This document shows, in pieces, positions 26,690 to 35,450 of a DNA stretch of 64,000 nt (positions are counted from its first letter, which is position 1; each line of letters starts with the position of its first letter). The notes below the pieces were generated by a model, which had not been told where the DNA came from, did no database searches, and saw nothing but the letters and a program-made list of their open reading frames with translations. Made by a program: the position numbers and the translations under genes. This DNA is from a bacterium. GTDB taxonomy: Bacteria > Verrucomicrobiota > Kiritimatiellia > CAIKKV01 > CAITUY01. The stretch spans positions 1,655-65,654 of the forward strand of contig JBAXPK010000009.1 of assembly GCA_037132275.1 (NCBI GenBank), in the 5' to 3' direction.

Positions 26690-27336
26690 CCACGGGCCTG
26701 ATCCGCATGGTTCTTGGGTTGGTTCACCCTGCGAATGCAGAGGGTATCATCTCTTGAGCGATATTTTTCGAGTACCCGTGTGAGCCTCTTCATGGGCAGG
26801 CCGATGACGGGGGCGATGTCGCCGTCGATGCGTTCAACAATAGCGGCGGAATAGGGATCCTGAATCGCATAAGCGCCTGCCCAACCGAGTGGGTGGGTGA
26901 GGGTCACATAGCGTCGGATTCGGTCAGGCGACCACTTCCTCAGAGTGACGGTTGCCGACTCCACCCATCTGACCACCCTGATTTTTCCGCCTTTTGCGGT
27001 CGGGGGAATGATGACGCAGGCCGCGCTGCTAATCCGGTGCGGCCGCCGGCCCAACTGGGTGAGCATGCGCCGGGCGGCGGCGAGGGAAGCGGGTTTCCCA
27101 ATGATTTTGCCGTCGAGGATCAGGGCCGTATCGGCTCCGATCACGATGGCGCGGGGATATCGACGGGCCACGGCCCTGGCCTTTAGTAGCGCAAGGGCGA
27201 GTACATGGCGTTTCAGGTTTTCGCCCTTGGCCGGCGCGGGTTCCACCTCATGAGAAGGGATTTGGAGGAAACGGTATCCCGCCCCCCTCAAGAGGGACGC
27301 TCGACCTTTGGATTGTGATGCCAGAATCAGTTTCAT
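26686..27336 (-). CDS. maf: Maf-like nucleoside triphosphate pyrophosphatase
   Basis: MKLILASQSKGRASLL..GADT..GAYAIQ motifs. ATG at 27334-27336 is preferred. The C-terminal tail of about 25 aa has no Maf counterpart. Confidence 0.85.
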   Translation of the reverse strand: MKLILASQSKGRASLLRGAGYRFLQIPSHEVEPAPAKGENLKRHVLALALLKARAVARRYPRAIVIGADTALILDGKIIGKPASLAAARRMLTQLGRRPHRISSAACVIIPPTAKGGKIRVVRWVESATVTLRKWSPDRIRRYVTLTHPLGWAGAYAIQDPYSAAIVERIDGDIAPVIGLPMKRLTRVLEKYRSRDDTLCIRRVNQPKNHADQARG

Positions 27337-27440
27337 GAGCGGACAGCCAGCGTTTTGAAAGCCTACCAGTCCACCCCCCGCAACACCTAATAAAAAAAAC
27401 CGTTTTGAAAATATCGGTCTCACACCTATAATGCCCAGCT

Positions 27441-28835
27441 ATGACTGAACCGGTGTCCGAAAACAAAGAGCAACTTGTCATTGATTTAAATTTTATTCCC
27501 GGATGGGCGCGACGACCGCCCGACGCACGGCCAGCGGGAGGAATGGATAGATTTAATTCCTCCCAGGAGAGCCGGGGCGGCGATTCCAGGAGGCGTGACC
27601 GTCCTGAGCGGTCTGAGCGGCGTTCAGGTGGTGGTGCAAAAAGGCCCGAATTCCGGGATCGCCCGCGCAGCGATTTTGCTCTCCCCGCGCCGAAGCCCGA
27701 TCCTATGGATGAACGTCTGGCCCTGCTGGACGTGACCTTTCTTCCCGAGCGCCGCGGTCTGACACCATTGGCCCATCGGCTGGGGAAATCGGGACGGGCC
27801 TACTCGTTGTTTGAGGTGGCTGCCCTTTTTCTAAGCAAACCGGATTTTTACCTCATCAAGATCGAGGCACCGGCTACCCTTGAAAACTTTTCATTTTGTC
27901 AGTGTGCGGATTGCAAGGCCATCTTCCTTGGCAAAGAGGCTGCCGCCGCCCATGTTTTCGCCAAGCATTTCGAAAAGTTCTGCAAAAAAGAGGATCAGGA
28001 GGCTGAACCTCCGAAGGGAAACTTTGTCTGTATTGCCAAATGCGGCCTGTCGGGTGTCCTGCTAGGCCCGCCGAATTACCATGGCTACAATGACAAGGTG
28101 GCAGAGGTGCATCGTGCCCGATATCCGGATATGCCGATAGAGGCTTACCGGAAACGTATTGAGACGATTCATGATGCGGCCGTGATTGAGCAATGGAAGG
28201 CCGAGATGTGCAAGCAGGCCATTTACCGGTTCGGGGAGGGCGAGAAGGCTGTGACGTTCAGCCGGTTTACCGAGGCCGAGGCTTATTTTCGGGATCACTG
28301 CCTGCCGGGAACGGTCAAGGAGTCGAGGAATGTGGTTGTGCCCGGTGTGATTGCCCATGCGATGGAGCCGGGACCGCTACGCCGGGTAATCGAGGATGTC
28401 TGGCAAAAGGAAAGCCGGTTCCCACTGAAACTTTCGGTCACGCTTCGGTTGGCCTTCCGCCATCTGGGGCTGCACACGTTCAAGGCGGCGGGCGGCTTTA
28501 CGTTTGTCACCTCGGTGGCGCCGAACGCAATTGATCCTGCGCATGCAGTGGAAGGGATCCGGGATATCCTGGATTTTGTTGCCGCCAATCCGGGTTGCTC
28601 GCGGGCAAATCTGCTGTCAAAACTGGTGCCCGAGGCATCCCCCGTGGCCGGGGAGGCTGAGTCGCCGGTAGCGGTAACCATGCCTCCGCGCGAGTCTGAA
28701 CTGCGGCGGCAATTGCAGTGGCTGGTTGAAAAAGGGCATGTGATTGAATTTTCCGACGGGAGCATGGCGGTGCCTGCCACCGCCGTGGCGAGAGTGCAGA
28801 TGGCCCGGCCCAAGGGGAAAAGCCGACGGGAATGA
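27441..28835 (+). CDS. Hypothetical protein with an Arg-rich disordered N-terminus and a C2H2-spaced Cys/His motif
   Basis: 464-aa ORF. It contains RRRDRPERSERRSGGGAKRPEFRDRPR and C-X2-C-X12-H-X4-H at aa 155-176. Confidence 0.6.
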   Translation: MTEPVSENKEQLVIDLNFIPGWARRPPDARPAGGMDRFNSSQESRGGDSRRRDRPERSERRSGGGAKRPEFRDRPRSDFALPAPKPDPMDERLALLDVTFLPERRGLTPLAHRLGKSGRAYSLFEVAALFLSKPDFYLIKIEAPATLENFSFCQCADCKAIFLGKEAAAAHVFAKHFEKFCKKEDQEAEPPKGNFVCIAKCGLSGVLLGPPNYHGYNDKVAEVHRARYPDMPIEAYRKRIETIHDAAVIEQWKAEMCKQAIYRFGEGEKAVTFSRFTEAEAYFRDHCLPGTVKESRNVVVPGVIAHAMEPGPLRRVIEDVWQKESRFPLKLSVTLRLAFRHLGLHTFKAAGGFTFVTSVAPNAIDPAHAVEGIRDILDFVAANPGCSRANLLSKLVPEASPVAGEAESPVAVTMPPRESELRRQLQWLVEKGHVIEFSDGSMAVPATAVARVQMARPKGKSRRE

Positions 28836-28875
28836 CGTATTGTAGCCGCCGATTAAGGAAGGACCCAGTACTATA

Positions 28876-29664
28876 ATGATCGTGAGCAAGAGTCTTCTGG
28901 CGGGAGTGTGTGTGGGAGTTGTGGGCGGGTTGGCCCTGCCGGTGTTAGCGGCTAATGTTATCACCCTGAAAAACGGGCGGGTCATATCGGCCCCAACCAT
29001 CGAATGGCGCAGTAGTACCGGGGATTATATCGTTGCCGCCGAGGGGGGGGCTGTGCCGATTCCTTTGGCACAGGTGGCTCGTCTGAATATCGAAAGGCCT
29101 GCTGAGTTCGATCAAGCTATTGGACTGGTCAAATCCCGTCTTTTTAGGCAGGCGGTTCCGTTGCTGGAGGGGATTGTCTCAAAGTACAAAATGCTGAATT
29201 GGGACGTGGATGCGGGAAAATGGCTGGTGCAGTGCTATCTGGAGATAAATGATCCCAAGAAACTCGCCACCGCCATGGATGCCTTGGTTGCGGCAGGCGG
29301 CACAGTGCCCAATAATACGCTAATGATGTATTGGAAGATGTTGCAAAAGGCCGGCGATGTTAAAAGGCTCAACCGGGAGATAACCCGAACCCTCGGGACC
29401 GGATCCCCTGATTTTGTCGCTACGGCGTATATGATGAGAGGAAATGCCTACCTGAAAGACGGGGACGAAGCCTCGGCGCTGGCTGACTTTCTGAAAGTGG
29501 TCACCCTGTTCAAGAACGAGAAGGCTGTTCAGCCTGAAGCGTTATTCACTGCGGCTGATTTGTTGGACAAGGCCAAGGATCCGCGTGGCGCAGACCTGCG
29601 AAAGGTGCTCATGCAGGAATACAAGAACAGCGAGTATGCCACCAAGGCAGCGGCCGTGAAGTAA
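28876..29664 (+). CDS. Secreted protein with a helical-repeat (TPR-like) C-terminal domain; paralogue of 33318-34106
   Basis: Signal peptide ..LALPVLAAN. Shared blocks with the paralogue are V(A)R(L/I).I.(R/K)P.EFD.A and QPEAL..A..LLD...DPR...L. Confidence 0.65.
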   Translation: MIVSKSLLAGVCVGVVGGLALPVLAANVITLKNGRVISAPTIEWRSSTGDYIVAAEGGAVPIPLAQVARLNIERPAEFDQAIGLVKSRLFRQAVPLLEGIVSKYKMLNWDVDAGKWLVQCYLEINDPKKLATAMDALVAAGGTVPNNTLMMYWKMLQKAGDVKRLNREITRTLGTGSPDFVATAYMMRGNAYLKDGDEASALADFLKVVTLFKNEKAVQPEALFTAADLLDKAKDPRGADLRKVLMQEYKNSEYATKAAAVK

Positions 29665-29702
29665 GGATTGGCAGGGCGCTCTCACCGTCGAGCGCCGCTA
29701 CG

Positions 29703-30341
29703 TCAGTCGTGGGCGCCGCTCGGTTTATCCTTCGCCAGGCGCTTCATCAGGGCTTTGTAATCCGCCGGCGGGGCAAAGATATCGTCGGGTGTCCCCGGTT
29801 TTGCATCCGGTCCCATGGAGGAGAGCCAGATGGCATCGCTGGTGTTGGAGTACTGGAATGGGTGGCCCCATAAATCGGGGGGCAAGGATTCAAGATAGTA
29901 GCCTTGCCAGCCCTGAACCCCCGGGTTTTGCACCAGTGCCTTGAGCCCTTCCCCGGTGGTGGGGTATCGTCTGCAATGAACCCGGAACCATTCCAGGGCG
30001 GTGTGGATGACCGTAAGTTCCTTCCGGGTTTGAACTATTTTAGTGGGAGGTTGGTAGGGAACCGTGACGGTATTATTACTGCTCAGAACGACTCCGCCCA
30101 CCAGGATGCAGCCGCCCAGAACCCAAACCGCGATACGGGGGTGGCTCATGAAGATCATCCAGATGGGCTTTCGCAATTGATGGGATGCGGGGAGACGCTG
30201 CTGGATGCCTTCCCTTCGGGTTTTGTCCACCTTGAGTGTCTTCCATTTCTCAGGGTGTCGCAGCCCCTTTTTACAACTCGGGCACTGGGATTTCTGAAGG
30301 GCTTCAAAAATGTGATGGCAATGGGGACAGCGATATTTCAT
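29703..30341 (-). CDS. Zinc-ribbon / single-TM protein with a C-terminal GspG-like (type II secretion pseudopilin) domain
   Basis: MKYRCPHCHH..CPSCKK zinc ribbon and TM (IAVWVLGGCILVGGVVL). Then ..YPTTGEGLKALVQNP..WQGYYLESLPPDLWGHPFQY..LSSMGPDAKPGTPDDI, the GspG C-domain pattern. No prepilin leader. Confidence 0.65.
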   Translation of the reverse strand: MKYRCPHCHHIFEALQKSQCPSCKKGLRHPEKWKTLKVDKTRREGIQQRLPASHQLRKPIWMIFMSHPRIAVWVLGGCILVGGVVLSSNNTVTVPYQPPTKIVQTRKELTVIHTALEWFRVHCRRYPTTGEGLKALVQNPGVQGWQGYYLESLPPDLWGHPFQYSNTSDAIWLSSMGPDAKPGTPDDIFAPPADYKALMKRLAKDKPSGAHD

Positions 30342-30463
30342 TTTTTTGCAAATTAAAGAATCAACGGGACTATAGAGTAAGAACACAAGGCAGACAAATC
30401 GAAAGATCAGCAGGGCAGGGTTCTCTTGACGTGACCAAACCTGTTTGATAACAAGGTAAGACC

Positions 30464-33304
30464 ATGGTGACAAATAAGCTCTGCATGTCGGGCCTTCGGG
30501 TGATACGCCGGTTTCTGGCGGGTGCTGTTTTCCTTTTATCCGTATCATCCATTCTGGCCGGGGACGAACAAACCGAGATCCAGAACGAGCTCAAATTTGC
30601 CTCCGAACTGATCAAGGCGAAGTTCCCTGACTATGCCCAGAAGTCCGTGGACAAACTACTCATCAAGTATCCCGCCGCCAAGGCGGAAGCCTCCAGGGTC
30701 CGGATCGAAGTGCTGACATCCCGCGGTAAGTTTGATGAGGCGGAAGCCGTGTTAAAGACCATGCCCCCGGGCACCCCGGAAACCATCGTCATGTATCTGG
30801 CCGTTGGCGACCAGTATTATGCCTTTTCGCGCATGAAGGATGCCCAGAGGATTTATGAGGGGTTCTTTAAGCAATTTCCCAAGGGGCCGCCGGCGGAAGT
30901 GGCTCGGCTCTATGGTGAATCGGCCTACAAATTTTCCCAGATGCTGTTGTTGGTCGGCGATTTGCCTGCCGCGCTGGAGGCTTATCGCCGGGTGTTGACC
31001 TGCCCGTTGAATTCTTCCGAGATCGAGCGCCGGGTAAAAACAGAGATCGCTGAGCTTTGTCTTCGCGTGGCGCAGCTTAATGAGACCCCCGCAGCCAAGA
31101 AGAAGGATCTTCTGGCCGAAGCCTTGAAACTGTGCAATGAGGTTCAGTGGTCGGGAACGGATCTCTGGTTTGCCAAGACCCTGGTGATTATGGCCCATAT
31201 CCACATGGTGAACGGCGATCCGTCCCGTGCCCGCAAGGTGCTTACGGATTACATGGGCATGTTGAGCGATGTTGACAAGATGCTGCGGGAATCCAAGGAG
31301 TCGAGCAAACTCAGTCCGATGGCCGAGTGCAAGTTCCTGCTTGGAACCCTGTGCGAGGATGAGGCGAGGGCGCTGATGAGCGACAAAACAAAGGATCCTG
31401 AAACCATCAAGCTCTTCGCCCAGGCCATGAGTCAGTTCTATACCGTTGCCCAGAACTATCCTGGTAGCACATGGGCGCCGGAAGCTCGCCGTCGTGCCGA
31501 TGGCATCGCCGATATGCTCGAGACTGATTATGGGAAAACCGTGAAGCGTCCGGAACGTAATAACACCCAGATGGTCTCCGAGCAGTTGAAGGAGGCGCGG
31601 GTGCTTTTCCAGAATCAGGAATTCAAGGCGTCTGCGGAAAAATATATCGAAGTTCTGAACATGGCGGATGATTTCAAGGGGGCTCCCTGGGCGGTCAGCG
31701 AATTGGCGCGCAGTTATATTGAGCTCAACGATGCTCCTTATGCGCAGGCGATGACCGGATTTCTTGCGGAACGTTACAGCCAGACCACCAATCGTTATGA
31801 AGAAGGAGGGAATGCGCTGCTGGCGGTCGCCGTCGCCTATGATGAGCGTAAGGCCCAGCCGAAGGCGGATGCCGTGTATGATCTGTTTTTTGCCAATTAT
31901 CCCGACCATTCCAAAGCCCCCGCCATTCTGTTCCGCCAGGGGGAGGTGGCGCTCCGGCTGACCAACTACGTCGCCGCCCTGAAGAACTATCAGAGAATTG
32001 TGGAGACGTATCCCCGGAACCGGGCCTATCCTGATGCGCTGAGCCGGGCGGGTTATTGCCTGTCCATGCTGGGCGATCACACGAATGCCATCCCGATGTT
32101 GACTAATTATATCGCCCAGGTTTTCTCAGGCGCCGAAATGGTCACCTCAAGGCTGAGATTGGCTGACGAATATCGGCAGGCGAATATGATCGTTCCCGCG
32201 CTGAATGAATATGCCCGGCTCCTCAAGCTCATCGCGCAGGATTCTGCCAAGTATTCCGAGACCCCGGAGGATGTGGCGCGGGTTAAACGCGCCACTGAGT
32301 TTGCGCTTTATTCCAAGGCCCAGTGCTATTCCCGGTTGCGCGACCCGGCCGATCAGATCCCGTCTTATCAACAGAAAGCTGTTGAGGGCTACGAACTCTT
32401 TATGAAGGACTTTCCCAAATCAGAACTGGCTCCAGCGGCCCTGGGCGCCATGGGAACGCTGAATTATCTGATGAATAAGGCGGATGTGGCGGGGAAGTGT
32501 TTTGAACGCCTGAAGGCCGATTATCCCAATAGCGTACAAGCTTTGGATACGGTGTTTGTCCGGGCGGATGCGCTGATGTCGATGGGCGACGTGCAAAAGG
32601 CCGTTGTGGTGTTTGGCGAGATGCTGAAGAGCCCCCAATCGTTTAAGCCCACCCAGTTCCTGCGTGCCGGCCGGGTGTTATTGGAGGCTCAGGAATATGA
32701 TGTCGCCAAGGGGCTTTTTGCCGAGGCGATAAAAACGCAGGATGTGCCGCTCTGGCAGGCGGCGTCGCTGGGTTATGGACAGGCGCTCGTCGGAGCGGCT
32801 GACTATGAGGCGGCGATCGGGGTGTATACAAACTTTTTAGGTAAGTACGCGAAATCCGGGTATGTGATTGAAGTCAATCTGTCCTTGAGCCGGGCATACG
32901 CCGAGATGGGTAAGAAGATGCCCGAGGCCCAGAAGGCAAAACCTTATTTTGACAAGGCGTATGGGGCCATGGGCAAAGTGCGCCAATATGCCCGGGATCC
33001 GGAATTGCTGGTCAGGGCGGACCTTGAAATGGCGGCAATTCAACTCCTGCAGGGCGACAAAATGGGCGCCATGGCGTCCTACATGAAGATTCTTCTGTTC
33101 ACGGATCCTTCCAATCAGAAAGTGCGTCCCCTTGTGGAGCAGGCCTTTGACAATGCACTGCCTTTGATGAAGGATCTGGGCCGATATCAGGATATGGTGG
33201 AAGCGTGCGAAACCTACCTGAAACAGTTCCCGACAGGGCGGCTTGTGATCAAGGCGCGGCAGGGGCGAGATGAGGCAAAGGCCCGGCTGGCAACCGGAAG
33301 GTAA
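30464..33304 (+). CDS. Large secreted tetratricopeptide-repeat protein (946 aa)
   Basis: N-terminal hydrophobic signal. TPR-like A..Y..A......P..A motifs recur throughout. Confidence 0.75.
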   Translation: MVTNKLCMSGLRVIRRFLAGAVFLLSVSSILAGDEQTEIQNELKFASELIKAKFPDYAQKSVDKLLIKYPAAKAEASRVRIEVLTSRGKFDEAEAVLKTMPPGTPETIVMYLAVGDQYYAFSRMKDAQRIYEGFFKQFPKGPPAEVARLYGESAYKFSQMLLLVGDLPAALEAYRRVLTCPLNSSEIERRVKTEIAELCLRVAQLNETPAAKKKDLLAEALKLCNEVQWSGTDLWFAKTLVIMAHIHMVNGDPSRARKVLTDYMGMLSDVDKMLRESKESSKLSPMAECKFLLGTLCEDEARALMSDKTKDPETIKLFAQAMSQFYTVAQNYPGSTWAPEARRRADGIADMLETDYGKTVKRPERNNTQMVSEQLKEARVLFQNQEFKASAEKYIEVLNMADDFKGAPWAVSELARSYIELNDAPYAQAMTGFLAERYSQTTNRYEEGGNALLAVAVAYDERKAQPKADAVYDLFFANYPDHSKAPAILFRQGEVALRLTNYVAALKNYQRIVETYPRNRAYPDALSRAGYCLSMLGDHTNAIPMLTNYIAQVFSGAEMVTSRLRLADEYRQANMIVPALNEYARLLKLIAQDSAKYSETPEDVARVKRATEFALYSKAQCYSRLRDPADQIPSYQQKAVEGYELFMKDFPKSELAPAALGAMGTLNYLMNKADVAGKCFERLKADYPNSVQALDTVFVRADALMSMGDVQKAVVVFGEMLKSPQSFKPTQFLRAGRVLLEAQEYDVAKGLFAEAIKTQDVPLWQAASLGYGQALVGAADYEAAIGVYTNFLGKYAKSGYVIEVNLSLSRAYAEMGKKMPEAQKAKPYFDKAYGAMGKVRQYARDPELLVRADLEMAAIQLLQGDKMGAMASYMKILLFTDPSNQKVRPLVEQAFDNALPLMKDLGRYQDMVEACETYLKQFPTGRLVIKARQGRDEAKARLATGR

Positions 33305-33317
33305 GGATCGGGATATC

Positions 33318-34106
33318 ATGAAGCACAAGTTCATAGTGATGGGGGTTGGCGTGCTGGGTGTTATCTTGGCGACTGCCGGATTCGCAAAGGCGGAGTCGGT
33401 AAACAAGCACGATGGAACGGAAGTCCGCGGCAATAAAGTCAAGTGGTTCGCGGTTCGCCAGGAGTATCAGGTTGAAGATGCCGAAGGGTCCATCATTACC
33501 ATTCCCGTCGATGACGTGGCCTCGGTTCGGATTACCAAGCCGGTTGAGTTTGACAAGGCGGCACAGGCCTGCGACGCCAAGCAGTATGATGTGGCGATTC
33601 CGATCCTGGAGGATCTGATCAGCCGTTACAAGAGACTGGAGTGGGATGGTAAGGCCAGTGAACTGCTGGCCAAGGCCTGTTTCGGGAAAGGGGATTATAA
33701 AAAGGCGGCCCAGGTCATGGGGGGGATCATTGAGGGAACCCCGAAATCGTTGGTTACCGATGATCAGAATGCCCTTTACTGGAGTGCCCTGTTGAACGCT
33801 CAGATGATGGCGGTACTGAAGAAAAATCTCAACGAAGCGATTGCCGGCGAGTCGAGATCCCTCGCGGCCCTGGCCTTGATCCGGCGCGGTGAGATGAATA
33901 AGGAGGATGGCAAACGGGAGGATGCGGTGCTGGATTTTCTTCGCGTTATCCTGGTGTACGACGATATCCTCCAGGTACAACCGGAAGCCCTCTATAAAGG
34001 GGCCAAGTTACTCGATGAGATGCGGGATCCCCGGGCAGATGAATTGAAGAAGAGGTTGACGTCACGCTATTCCGACAGCCCCTATGCGAGGAAGCTGGGC
34101 GGATGA
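33318..34106 (+). CDS. Secreted protein, paralogue of 28876-29664
   Basis: Signal peptide MKHKFIVMGVGVLGVILATAGFAKA and the same conserved blocks as 28876-29664. Confidence 0.65.
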   Translation: MKHKFIVMGVGVLGVILATAGFAKAESVNKHDGTEVRGNKVKWFAVRQEYQVEDAEGSIITIPVDDVASVRITKPVEFDKAAQACDAKQYDVAIPILEDLISRYKRLEWDGKASELLAKACFGKGDYKKAAQVMGGIIEGTPKSLVTDDQNALYWSALLNAQMMAVLKKNLNEAIAGESRSLAALALIRRGEMNKEDGKREDAVLDFLRVILVYDDILQVQPEALYKGAKLLDEMRDPRADELKKRLTSRYSDSPYARKLGG

Positions 34107-34148
34107 GATTGGGAATTGGGTAGCTAACTTAGCAAGGAGAACAAAACG

Positions 34149-34991
34149 ATGAAAAAAGCGGTATGGTTGGGTCTGGCAATGGCGGTTTTTGGTGTGTTTG
34201 TTTCGACGCAGTGGGCCAAGGCCCAGGGCGCGGCGGCGGGCGGTGGGGCGGCTCCAGCTGCAGCCGTTGCGGCGACTCCGGCAACAGCGGCTCCTTCGGG
34301 TATGGTGGTGACGGATGAAGGCGCCACAAAACCGGAGAAGCATAGCAGTGGCGGATTCATCGAAATCGTCACCCGTGCCGGTTGGTTCGGTATGGTGATC
34401 TGGCTTATGCTGATCGTGTGTTCCATCATCAGTGTGGCCTTGATTGTAGACTCATTCGTCAATATCAAGGACGTCAAAATCATGCCTCCCCATCTGATTG
34501 ATAATGTTCGGACGGCCATGGAGCAGGGCGACCTGTTGAAGGCGATCCAGCATTGCGACGGCGCCCCGGGGGCGCTGGCCAACATTCTGAAGGCGGGATT
34601 TGCCCAGGTTGAGGAAGGGTATGAAGTCGTTCAAGACGCCGTGGGCGTTGCAGCGGATCTGGAAAGCGAAAAATTGCTCAGCCGCGTGACCTATCTCAGC
34701 GTGATTTCAAATACCACTCCGATGCTGGGACTGATCGGTACGGTTCAAGGAATGATCATGGCGTTTTATACGATGGGCACCATGGAGGCGGGCGCCGCCC
34801 AGCAGTCCATGCTCGCGGTGAACATCTCGCACGGGTTGTGGGCGACGGCCGTCGGTCTGGGAACCGCCGTGCCGGCGACGATTTTCTTCTACTATTTCAA
34901 GAATCGTGCCATGAACAGCATTTTGCGCATGGAAGCCCTGACGCTGGACCTGATCAAGGCCCTCCGCAATGTCGAAGTGGTGTCGGAGTAA
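34149..34991 (+). CDS. exbB: MotA/TolQ/ExbB-family proton channel with an Ala-rich N-terminal periplasmic extension
   Basis: Signal peptide plus Ala/Pro-rich segment, then three TM helices with ..TPMLGLIGTVQGMIMAF... Confidence 0.85.
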   Translation: MKKAVWLGLAMAVFGVFVSTQWAKAQGAAAGGGAAPAAAVAATPATAAPSGMVVTDEGATKPEKHSSGGFIEIVTRAGWFGMVIWLMLIVCSIISVALIVDSFVNIKDVKIMPPHLIDNVRTAMEQGDLLKAIQHCDGAPGALANILKAGFAQVEEGYEVVQDAVGVAADLESEKLLSRVTYLSVISNTTPMLGLIGTVQGMIMAFYTMGTMEAGAAQQSMLAVNISHGLWATAVGLGTAVPATIFFYYFKNRAMNSILRMEALTLDLIKALRNVEVVSE

Positions 34992-35014
34992 GCCGGTATT
35001 AGAGGTGACAACCT

Positions 35015-35434
35015 ATGCGTCAGAAACGAGAGGAAGAATATCTTAACGGCAACTTGACGGCCATGATTGACGTGGTCTTTCAGTTGATCATTTTCTTTGT
35101 CTGCACCACCAACCTTCAGGATAAGGCCATTGACGACCGGATCAAACTCGCCATGGCCCCCAATGGAAAAGTGGAAACGAGGAAGAATCCCTACGAGGTA
35201 AAGGTCTATGTCGCCGAAAAGGGAGGGCTTTCTATAGCCCGTACGCCCCTGTCGGCCGACATGCTGACGATCATCCTGAAGAAATCCAGGGCGGACGCGA
35301 GAGGCAATGAGGTTCCTGTACTGATTATGGCGGATGCCCGGGCGAAACATAGCGCTGTCAAAAAGGCCATGGATGCCTGTACAGCGGCCGGTATCTGGAA
35401 AATCAAATTTACCGCACTTAAAGAAAAGGCCTGA
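35015..35434 (+). CDS. exbD: ExbD/TolR-family protein
   Basis: ..LNGNLTAMIDVVFQLIIFFV.. is the conserved Asp-containing TM helix. Confidence 0.85.
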   Translation: MRQKREEEYLNGNLTAMIDVVFQLIIFFVCTTNLQDKAIDDRIKLAMAPNGKVETRKNPYEVKVYVAEKGGLSIARTPLSADMLTIILKKSRADARGNEVPVLIMADARAKHSAVKKAMDACTAAGIWKIKFTALKEKA

Positions 35435-35450
35435 TTGGCTGAAGGGTGTT

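Noticed and set aside
26686-27423. A 245-aa Maf with an N-terminal extension (MRPIFSKRFF..).
   Set aside because: The Maf family signature begins at MKLILASQS (ATG 27334-27336). The extension is hydrophobic read-through of the intergenic region.
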